A stretch of DNA of 64,000 nucleotides, taken from the human T2T-CHM13v2.0 reference genome, Homo sapiens. The translations under genes were made by a program, and so were the position numbers. Positions 14,751 to 24,962 of this stretch are shown in pieces. The stretch lies in NCBI RefSeq assembly GCF_009914755.1, contig NC_060928.1; one strand, given 5' to 3'. The notes beneath the pieces were generated by a model. It was given only the letters and a program-made list of their open reading frames with translations. It had not been told where the DNA came from and searched no databases. How positions within the stretch are numbered: position 1 is the first letter of the stretch; each line of letters begins with the position of its first letter.

Positions 14751-15387
14751 TAGTTTTTAACACTATCTCATCTCTTTTCTTCTCAGGCTCCACTTAATAC
14801 ACTGCCTTGGTGAACAAACACATGTTTGATTCATTTAAAGATACACCAATGAACCCCTTTTCCCTCATTTCTCTTTGCAGTTTGCAGAATAAAGAAGGGA
14901 CAATGCAGTCACCAGGTCAGCATTAAGGGAAGGCTTGGCTGCATCATCTGCCACTCTGCTGCTGCTGACTCTGCCAGTGGGGACAGCACATGCTTCCTTC
15001 TACGCTTGCCTGAGGTTCGTAACTTCAGAGCCCCACAGCATTTCTGGAAGGAGTAAAATGAGCTACATGGTCCGGGAAGCTACTCCTAAGTAGAGTTCAC
15101 AATCAAAGGAATAGAAGCTGGGGAAAACAATAAAGCAGTCTTCTTCTTCTCAAGTCATCTGTGACAGGTTTTTTTTATTTTTAATTTTTATTAGAATAGG
15201 GAGACATAGAACCACCAAACTCCTATAGAAAACGAGTCTTCTGAGCACCAGTAGCCTCATTATAGACCAACTGTATTAAAACCTGCATCAGAACCTAGAT
15301 GACCATTTGCTGTTCTCCCCCCCAGGACAAATCCACACAGTTGTATGGGTTGAACACTGAACAACTTAAGAAGCACTACCATGTACA

Positions 15388-15436
15388 TTATAGATATAGA
15401 TATAGATAAAGATACAGATATAGATTATGGATATAG
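15388..15436. repeat. (TATAGA)n simple repeat
   Basis: tatagatatagatatagataaagatacagatatagattatggatataga. Confidence 0.85.
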
Positions 15437-15780
15437 AAAACTTGTGTATTTGTTCCAACAAATTCCCGGCAGATATCATCAAAGTGTCTTGATGTAGGGT
15501 TGCCTTGTTCTAATTCATACGAAGGTGCCATATGGGCTTGCAGTGACTGTGTTACTCCTTCTGGTGAAGAAGGCAGATGGCTCAGTGGCAGAGAAACCTT
15601 GAAGTGGGGGACAGCAGTAGACAGGAAGTCTGTATAGGCAGATGAAAGAGCACCTGGGTCTGAGGCCTGCTTCACCACCTCCTGATACTGCATAAATTCC
15701 TCAACTTCTGAGCCTTGGTTCTTATGTACATCATGATAATAATACCAATATCACAGGGTTTTTGTTGTTTGGATGAAAAA

Positions 15781-15799
15781 TGTGTGTGTGTGTGTTTGA

Positions 15800-15845
<46 letters not shown>
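15781..15845. repeat. Compound (TG)n microsatellite
   Basis: Two TG runs separated by ttgagta. Confidence 0.95.
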
Positions 15846-15849
<4 letters not shown>

Positions 15850-16781
15850 AGCCTGGCTATTTTATGCATTTGATAAATGATAGTTATTATTATTATAAAC
15901 CAGAAGAGTCCAAGTTGAAACCAGGGTGCTTGGCAACCTGCCACAGCAGTTCTTAGCCCCCAGATAGGAAAATGACTTACAGGTGATGAAATTGGTCAAG
16001 AAATCTAATGTAACATCAAGGTGATCTATGATCAATACCCAGAACATTCAATGCTGACATTAAAGGTTTTAATGGAGCATTTATTGTTTGCTATAATGAA
16101 ATTATATTGAGTTGCTAGAAGAAAGTGAATAGAATACAGCAGGATGCTCAGACAAATATCTACTGATTCATTCTTTGACTAGTTGCTTACTTTGTGATGA
16201 ACACTGGGTTAGGAGGTAGAGAAGTACAATTGAACATGTTAGTGCAGGTTAGGCTGAGGCCACAAATAGACCATACAGGCAATGCCTCAATACCATAGAA
16301 GACTGTATTTCTCATGTAGCTATTCTGAGAGGGGGCTCAGGTTGGACGATCAACTTTTCTCCCAGGTTCCTTCTGTCTGTGGCTTCTTCATCCCCAAAGA
16401 CCTCACCAATATCTGCAGCTAGCCAAAGAAAGTGGAAAGAACATGAAAGAGCAAGTGGGGAGTGTTTTTATGAGCCAGAACAGGAAGCGGCCCACATTAC
16501 CTCATCTCCATTGCAGAGAACCTAGCCATGTAGCCAAACCTCACTGCAAGAAAGGCTGCAAAATATACTTTAGATTTGTGCCCAAGGAAGGAGAGAACAA
16601 ATATTGTTGGGTGGCTAGTGATGACCTCAATGGAAGGACAATTCCGGGTGATGGGACCACATCATAAGATGACTGAGAATTGCTGGACATGGAAAAAGAT
16701 CCTCTGAACAAACTATGATTGGAAATTGGGAAAGAGGGGAAGGTGGTGCTATATTCTGAATAAAGTCACTGGGAAGACTAT

Positions 16782-17145
16782 TGATATGGTGTGGCTGTGT
16801 CCCCACCCAAATCTCATCTTGAATTTTAGCTCCCATAATTCCCATGTGTCATGGGAGGGACCTGGTGGGAGGTAATTGAATCATGGGGGTGGGTCTTTCC
16901 CATACTGTTCTCATGATAGTGAGTAAGTCTCACAAGATCTGATGGTTTTACAAAGGGGAGTTCCCCTACACACACTGTCTTGCCTGCCACCATGTAAGAT
17001 GTGACTTTGCTCCTCATTCACCTTCTGTCATGAATTTGAGGCCTCCCCAGCCATGTAGAACTGTGAGTCAATTAAACTTCTTTTCTTTATAAATTATCCA
17101 GTCTCAGGTATGTCTTCATTAGCAGCATGAGAACTGACTAGTACA
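16782..17145 (+). mobile_element. THE1B-like solo LTR (ERVL-MaLR)
   Basis: TG...CA ends (tgatatggtgtggctgtgtccccacccaaatctcatcttgaatt ... gactagtaca); 5-bp TSD actat/actgt. Confidence 0.92.
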
Positions 17146-17565
17146 ACTGTGAAGTGAAGAAGCAAAGGATGGTGGCTCCTCAAAGGGAATTGGCAGCCAC
17201 AAGCCAACTGCCCTGTCTGTGTACTGGGTGAAAAAATGCTGTTGGCCACCCAGGGAGAGTGCCACCATCAGTGGTGCTGTTTTCTGGCACTCAGGATACC
17301 TTCCTGAGCCGCCTCAGACTGGTCCAAACTAAAGTCAAGTCACCTGACCCAGGTCCTGCTGAATATGCTCCAACTGTGTTCTCTACTGGGGGTACTGGGG
17401 ACTCACTGATGTTGACAAGGAGCTCTACAGGGGAAATGGATGTGATAAAGGATAGATATATAGGTGCTGAAGGCCTCTTGATGACACATCTCTTAAACAC
17501 CCGTGGAAAACTGCTGGATCATCTAGACCTGCATTCTGATCCTTACAATTTATTATCTGCAGATC

Positions 17566-18510
17566 TGTGAAGGACAGGATTCTAAGATGGATCCCAAGAT
17601 TCCTGCTCCCTTGTGTATACACCCTATATAGTCTCCTCCCCTTGAGAGTGTGTGGGGCCCATTAATATGATAGGATAGTGGCTCCCTTGATTAGTTTCTG
17701 TTAAATGGCAAAGGTGCTGGGATAGTCACTCCCACTACCTTACATTAAGTAAGACTCCATCATAGCTGACTGGAGAGTCTCCTGCCAGGTTTGAAGAAAT
17801 AATCTACTGTGTTGTGAGAAGGTCGTGTGACTAGGACTCAAGGACAGTCTCTGGGAGCTGAGGTGATCCTAGTGGATAGCCAGCAAGAAAACTTGCAACT
17901 CAAGCTCTAAGACAAAACAGCAACTGCAAGGAACTGAATTCCTCCAGCAAGCAACTGAGCTTAGAAGAGAAATCAAAGCCTTACATGAAGTTGCAGCCCC
18001 TGCCTTGATTTTAGAGAAGAGAATCCAGTTAATTCATGCCTGAATTCCTGACTGATGGACACTTTGATATAATAAATTAGTGTTCTTTTAAGTTGCTAAG
18101 TGTCTTAGTCTGTTTCCTGTTGCTGTAACTAAATACCCAAGACTAGATAATTTATTTTTGAAAAGAGGTTTATTTAGCAGTTTTGGAGGCAAGGAAGTTC
18201 AAGATCAGGCAGCTGAATCTGGCAAGGGCAACATGCTGTGTCATAACATGGTAAATGGCATCACATGAGGTGGGGGCGGCACACTGAGAGCCAACCTGGC
18301 TTTTATAACAGAACCACTCTCATGGTAACCCATTAATCCATTAACTCATTAATCCACCCATGAAGGCAAAGCGGCATAACCCAAACACCTCTTAAAGGCC
18401 CTACCTTTTACATTAGGGATTATATTTCAATGGAGGTTTTAGTGGGAACAAACATTCAAACCGTAGGGCTAACTTTGAGGTAATTTTTTACACAGCCATA
18501 GCAAACGAAT
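17566..18510 (+). mobile_element. MLT1E-like LTR, interrupted by an MST-type LTR at 18101-18468
   Basis: tgtgaaggacaggattctaagatggatcccaagattcctgctccc...; 3' end tttaagttgctaag | tttgaggtaattttttacacagccatagcaaacgaata is split by the insertion. Confidence 0.75.
18101..18468 (-). mobile_element. MST/MLT1A-type LTR nested in the MLT1E-like LTR
   Basis: tgtcttagtctgtttcctgttgctgtaactaaatacccaagactagataattta ... aacattcaaaccgtag; TSD ctaag/ctaac. Confidence 0.75.
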
Positions 18511-18559
18511 AGGGGCTGCTTGGGTAGGCTACTTAACTTTTCTAAGACTCCCATCTTTT

Positions 18560-18635
18560 ATTTTTTATTAATCTTTAAAAATGGGCATTCCTTCTACATT
18601 TTTTGTTAATTTCTAAAAATGGGCATTCCTTATAG
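18560..18635. repeat. 38-bp imperfect tandem duplication
   Basis: attttttattaatctttaaaaatgggcattccttctac / attttttgttaatttctaaaaatgggcattccttatag. Confidence 0.85.
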
Positions 18636-19440
18636 AGGTATTGAGATAATGCACCTAAAAGTATTTTATAAATTATCAAGTTGTTAACACTGATAAAAAG
18701 GGTTTATTAATAATAGGCAGTGACATGATAAATTAACATTGACAGGAAAACAAGGAAGTAAGCATTGTTTTTAAAAAGTGTATCTAATTAGTGTTTATTT
18801 TTAGAAATTGTTCTGATCTTCCCTGCTATTTAATGTTCTATTTTTTTTCCTCCTTAGCAGAGTTAGCCAGGCCCTCTGTCTTGCATGAGATTGAGTGTGA
18901 TTCTGGGGATGCAAATCAGGATGTCTCTGGGAAGAATTGCATTGTGTAGGTTATTTCAATTTAAGAAGTAGCTGCAAGAAGATTCCAAACACATTTTGCC
19001 TCAAGTCACCTCAAGTTTCTAATCTTCCTGCTGGAGCTGCCTTTGCAGTGAAAATAAGAACTGGCCTAATGATGTGAAGACAAAACCAACAGAAATACTG
19101 ATGTCATTGGGACATATTAGCAGAATGGCCTTTTAATTTGTAAAATTCTCCAAAGCTATGTCTATTTGACTGGATGTAAATATAGACATGAAGTAGTTTG
19201 GAGAATTTGTTGGGGGAAGGATATGAAGAAAATATTCTCATTGGGCAGTCAATGGTGTTTTTAAAAAATATCAAAAAAATTAAAATCCCCATCATTGCTG
19301 TTGAAGAATTTGCCATCTTTATTAAGAATTAAAAATGCTCAAAAACTTTGGAAAATATTTACAAAAATACTGACCAAGGATTGGGAAGTGTATGCAAGCT
19401 AAATCCACATGCCCTGAGATTTTTTTGGCATTCAAATCAC

Positions 19441-19756
19441 TTTTTTTTTTTTTTTTGAGACAGAGTTTTGCTCTTTTTGCCCAGGCTGGAGAGCAGTTGC
19501 ACTATCTTGGCTCACTGCAACCTCTGCCTCCCAGGTTCAAGCAATTCTCCTGCCTCAGCCTCCTGAGTAGCTGGGATTACAGGTGCACGTCACTACACCC
19601 AGCTAATTTTGTATTTTTAGTAGAAAAGAGGTTTCACCGTGTTGGCCAGGCTGGTGAACATGCCTGGTGAACATGTTGGTCAGGTCTTAAACTCCTGACC
19701 TCAGGTGATCCACCCACCTCGGCCTCCCAAAGTGCTGGGAGCCACTGTGCCTGGCC
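19441..19756 (-). mobile_element. Alu (AluS-like) with small internal insertion and deletion
   Basis: Reverse Alu dimer; TSD tcaaatcacttt at 19432-19443 and 19757-19768. Confidence 0.95.
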
Positions 19757-19769
19757 TCAAATCACTTTG

Positions 19770-20520
19770 GCACATACTACACACCTAATAGAATGACTGA
19801 ACTTTAAAAGACTGACCATACCAAGTCTTGGGGAGGATGTGCAGGAACTGCAACACTCACACACTGCCAGTAGGAATGTAAAATAAGACAACCATTTTGG
19901 AAAAACAGTTTAGCACTTTCTTAAAAAACTAAACACATGCCTATTATATGATCTAGCCGTTCTACTCCTAAGTATTTACCCAAGAGAAATGAATAGATAT
20001 GTTCACACAAAAATTTGTACACCAATGTTCAAAGCAGCTTTATTTGTAATAGCCAAAAGCTAAAAGCAACCCAAATGTCCCTCAACAGGTGAATAGATAA
20101 ACAAACTATAGTATACCCATACACTGGAATACTATTCAGGGATAAAATGGAATGAGCAATTGCTACACATGACAACGTGCATGAATCTCAAAATAATTAT
20201 GTTGAGTGGAAAAAGCCAGTCAAAAAAAAGAGTATCTACAACGTAATTTTATTTCTATAAAATTCTAGAAAATGCAAAGTAATCTATGGTAACAGAAAGT
20301 AGCTTGATCGTTGCCTAGGGATCAGGGAGTGAACATAGGGGTAGGAGGAACAGGTTACAAAGGGACAAAAGGAAATGTCGGGCATGATGGATGTGTTCAT
20401 TGTATTGACTGTGGTGATGATTACACAGGAGTATCTACATGTCAAAACATCAAGGCATACTTTAAATATGTGCCATTTATTTAATGTCAATTATACCCAA
20501 TAAATATGTTAAGAAAAAAT
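19770..20520 (+). mobile_element. Old L1M (L1MB/MC-like) ORF2 end plus 3' UTR fragment
   Basis: gaggatgtgcaggaactgcaacactcacacactgccagtaggaatgtaaaat; tctactcctaagtatttacccaagagaaatgaa; ends ttatacccaataaa plus A-rich tail. Confidence 0.85.
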
Positions 20521-20998
20521 TATTTTCACACACATAATTGAAGTTTTATTCTCATAATAAAATTCTGAAGTGGTTAGGAAAGATATGATTTCCATCTTTC
20601 AGATAGGAGAACTATGGTTGCAATGGAAAAAATAACATAATTGCACAGGATTTAAGTTAGGACTAGAACCTTGTCTATTCCAGGAATATGTTTGCTATCT
20701 GGAGCTGCCTCTGTGGTCTCTAACAGTTAAAAAGGATCTGGATCACCTCTACTTGAGTCCATGTCTCTTGGGGTATTGGTTTATCCATGGCAGCAGTTCT
20801 CAAAGTGTGATCTGTAAACCTCCTGGGGATTCCCAAGACCTTTCAGAGAGTCTGTTGAGGTCAAAACTATTTTCATAATAATACTAAGACAATATTTGCC
20901 TTATTCATGTGTTGACACTTGCCCCAGTGGTGCAAATGCAATAGTAGGTAAGCCTACTGGCTCCTTAGCACCAATCAGGGTAGTGGCACCAAACCGTA

Positions 20999-23297
20999 TG
21001 AAATGGTATGGCTGTATTCCCACCCAAATCTCTTTTTGAGTTGTAGTTCCCATAATCCCTATGTGTTGTGGGAGGGACCCAGTGGGAGGTAATTGAATCA
21101 CAGGGGCAGTTACCCCCATGCTGTTCTTGTGATAGTGAGTGAGTTCTCATGAGATCTGATGGTTTTATGTGGGGCTTTTCCCCCTTTGCGCAGCACATCT
21201 CTCTCCTGCCACCATATGAATAAGGACATGTTTGCTTCCCCTTCCACCATGATTGTAAATTTCCTGAGGCCTCCCCGGCCATGCAGAGCTGTGTGTCAAT
21301 TAAACTTCTTTCCTCTATAAATTACCCAGTCTCGGGTATTTCTTCACAGCAGCATGAACATGAACTAATTCAATAAATTTATATGTTGGAGAGTGGGGTG
21401 CTGCTGTAAAGATACCTAAAAATGTGGAAGCAACTTGGGAAGTGGGTAACATGCAGAAGCTGGAACAGTTTGGAGGGCTCATAAGAACACAGGAAGATGT
21501 GGGAAAGTTTGGAACTTCCTAGAGACTTGTTGAATGGCTTTGACCAAAATGCTGATAGTGATATGGACAATGAAGTTCAGGCTGAGGTGGTCTCAGATGG
21601 AGATTTCAAAGTTTTTGGGAACTAAAAGAGAGTAAAGGTCTCTCTTGCTATGCAAAGCGACTGGCAGCATTTTGCCCCTGCCCTAGAGATTTGTGGAATT
21701 TTGAACTTGAGAGAGATGAATTAGGTTATCTGGAGGAAGAAATTTCTAAGTGGCAAAGCATTCAAGAGGAAGCAGAGCATAAAAGTTTAAAACTTTGCAG
21801 CCTGATGATGTGATAGAAAAGAAAACCCCATTTTCTGGGGAGAAATTCAAGCCAGCTGCAGAAATTCGCATGAGTAATGAACTGAATATTAATCACCAAG
21901 ACAGTGTGAAAATGTCTCCAGGACATGTCAGAGATCTTCATGGCAGCCTCTCCTATCACAGGCCTGGAGGCCTAGGAGGAAAAAATGGTTTTGTGGGTCA
22001 GGCCCAGGGCCCCCCTGCTGTGTACAGCCTAGGGACTTGGTGCCCTGCATCCCAGGCACTCCAGCCATGGCTAAAAGGGGCTAAGATACAGTGTGGGCCG
22101 TGGCTTCAGAGGGTGCAAGACTCAAGCCTTGGCAGCTTCCACATGGTGTTGAGCATGTGGGTGCACAGAAGTCAAGAAATGAGGCTTCAGAACCTCCACC
22201 TAGATTTCAGAGGATATATGGAAATGCCTGGATGTCCAGGCAGAAGTTTGCTGCAGGGGTGGGGCCCTCATGGAGACCCTCTGGTAGGGCAGTGCAGAAG
22301 GGAAATGTGGAGTTGGAACTCCCACACAGAGTCACCACTGGGGCATTGTCTAGTGGAGCTGTGAGAAGAGGGCCTCCATCCTCCAGACTCCAGAATAGTA
22401 GATCCACTGACAGCTTGCATAGTGCACCTGGAAAAACCACAGACACTCAACACCAGCTTATGAAAGCAGCTGGGGCGGGGGGGCAAGGGAGTAGCTGTAC
22501 CCTGCAAAACCACCAGGGCAGAGCTACCCAAGGCTGTGGGAGCCTACCTCTCACATCAGTGTGACCTGGACATGAGACATGGAATCAAAGGAAATTATTT
22601 CAGAGCTTTAAGGTTTAATTACTGCCTCGTTGGATTTTGGAATTGCATGGGGCCTGTAGCCCCTTTGTTTTTGCCAATTTCTTCCATTTGGAATGGGTGT
22701 ATTTACCCAATGCCTGTACCCCCATTGTATCCAGGAAGTAACTAACTTGCTTTTGATTTTATAGGCTCATAGGTGGAAGGGACTTGCCTTGTCTCAGAGG
22801 AGACTTTGAACTTGAACTTTTGGGTTAATGCTGGAATGAGTTAAGACTTTGGGGAACTGTTGGGAAGGCATGATTGGTTTTGAAATGTGCAGACATGAGA
22901 TTTGGGATGGACCAGGGATGGAATGATATGGTTTGGCTGTGTCCCCACCCAAATCTCATCTTGAATTGTAGTTCCCATAAGTCCCACTTTTTGCTGGAGG
23001 GACCTGGTGGGAGGTAATTGAATCATGAGGACAGTTACCCCCATGCTGTTCTGGTGATAGTGAGTGTGTTCTCATGAGATCTGATAGATTTATATAGGGT
23101 TTTTCCCCCTTTGCTTGGAACTTCTCTCTCTAGCCACCATGTGAAGAAGTACATGTTTGCTTTCCCTTCCACCATGATTATAAGTTTCCTGAGGCCTCCT
23201 CAGCCATGCAGAACTGTGAGTCAGTTAAACCTCTTTCCTTTGTAAATTGCCCAGTTTCAGGTGTTTCTTCATATCAGTGGGAAAACAAACTAATACA
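20999..23297 (+). mobile_element. Full-length THE1 (THE1C-like) MaLR provirus: LTR 20999-21372, internal region 21373-22923, LTR 22924-23297
   Basis: Two similar ~374-bp LTRs in direct orientation with TG...CA ends around a ~1.55-kb THE1-int (gagtggggtgctgctgtaaagatacc..., aatgtggaagcaacttggg). ORF 22091-22564 (KPWQLPHGVE...PPPRFQRIYGNAWMSRQKFAAG) is a remnant of the MaLR internal ORF. Degenerate TSD ccgta/tcata. Confidence 0.93.
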
Positions 23298-24480
23298 TCA
23301 TACTAGTCGCCATTATATTCCTCACTGCCAGGAACTCATAGCAAAACAAATGATTATAAAAAACACTATAATACCAAAGATATTTCCATTTAAGAACACT
23401 CTTGAAGAAGCAATAAGAATTATGGATTTTATTAATTCTCAACTCTTGAGAATCTCTGTTTTATATTCTGGGTGACAAAATGAAAAATGTTTTATGTTGC
23501 ATACCAAATTATGATGATTGTCTCAAGGAAAATCACTTGTGTGATTGTTTGAGCTATAAGCTGAACTAGCCACTTTTTCCCCATGAATCACTACTTTTAT
23601 TTGAAAGAATTGCTGACTAATTATGACTATTTAGATTTCGGTATTTGGCAGACATCTTCTCAAAAATGAACTAGGTGAGCCTGTTACTTCAAGGGGAACA
23701 ACTAACAGTGTTGCCAATGATAACACACAAGTTTTCAAGCAAAAGTTAGAATTTTGGGAAATATGTTGACAGTTTCCCAATACTTAAAGACTTTTCTAAT
23801 AAACTTATGGTGATATTAGTGAGTATAATTTTAAAATTTTATATAATTAAATGTGTCAATACATGGAAGACTTGCATAACCTAGTGAGTCAATATTTTCC
23901 AAATGACCAGTATTGTAACATGATATTATAAACTCATGCACAAATTAAAGAGCCTTTCAAAGTAGACCAATGGATTTTACTATGACAGAATATGAAAAGC
24001 TGATGAATATGCTTTTAGATTCCACACTGCAACTAATCTTTAAGATACTGTCACTTATTGAGTTTTGGTGTAGTATCAAAGAAGAATATACACAACTGTA
24101 CTGAAAAGATTATTAAAATATGATCTTCCTTTTCCAATTATGTGTCTGTGTGTGAGGCTGAATTTTCTTTATGCATTTCAACCAAAAAATATATATACAC
24201 CCACAATATATATGAGAATCCAGATGTCTTCTGTTAACCTGGACATTAAAGAGATTTGCAAAAATGTGATGTAATGCCACTCTTACTGCTTTTTGTTGTT
24301 GTTTTGGAAAATATAATGATTTTTCATTAAAATATTTTATTTATTTAACCTATAATAAATGTATTCTTGCTATTTTAAAGTGAATTAATAAATACATAAT
24401 GATTAAATCTCTCAGCTTTAATTTTGAACATGGTAGACATTGACAAATATAAGCCACATAAACAAAACCTCTTTGGAGTC

Positions 24481-24962
24481 TGTGATAGGCTGAGTAATGG
24501 TCTCCTAAAATTGTCTATATCTTAATCTCCAGGACCTGCAAATGTGACTTGATATGGCAAAGGGACTTTACAGATGTGATTAAGTTAAGGATCTCAGGAT
24601 GGGGAGAGTATCTTGGATGATCTGGATGGGGTTGATGTAATCACAGGGGCTCTTGTGCCTCTAAGAGGGTCCAGGAGATGAGAGTAAGTAGTAGAAGTGA
24701 TGCCAGAAGCAGAGGTTGTGGTGATGTGAGGAAGGGATTGTGAGCCCAGGACTGCAGGTGGCCTCCAGGAGCTGAAAAAGATAAGGGACAGATGTCCTTC
24801 AGAGCTTCCAGAAGGAACCAGGCCTGTTGACACATTTGCTTCAGCCCAGTGAGACTGGTTTTGGATGTCCTACCTCAAGAATTGTAAGGCACTAAATTTG
24901 CATTGCTTCATACCACTGAGTTTTTGGTAATTTGTTACAGCAGTAGCAAGAAAACTAATACA
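24481..24962 (+). mobile_element. MLT1 (MLT1D-like) solo LTR
   Basis: tgtgataggctgagtaatgg...atatggcaaagggactttacagatgtgattaagttaaggatct...ggtaatttgttacagcagtagcaagaaaactaataca; TSD gagtc/gggtc. Confidence 0.85.

Noticed and set aside
21795-22564. Long ORFs (189 aa and 157 aa) as a host gene
   Set aside because: They lie inside THE1-int. They are broken remnants or alternative frames of the MaLR internal ORF.
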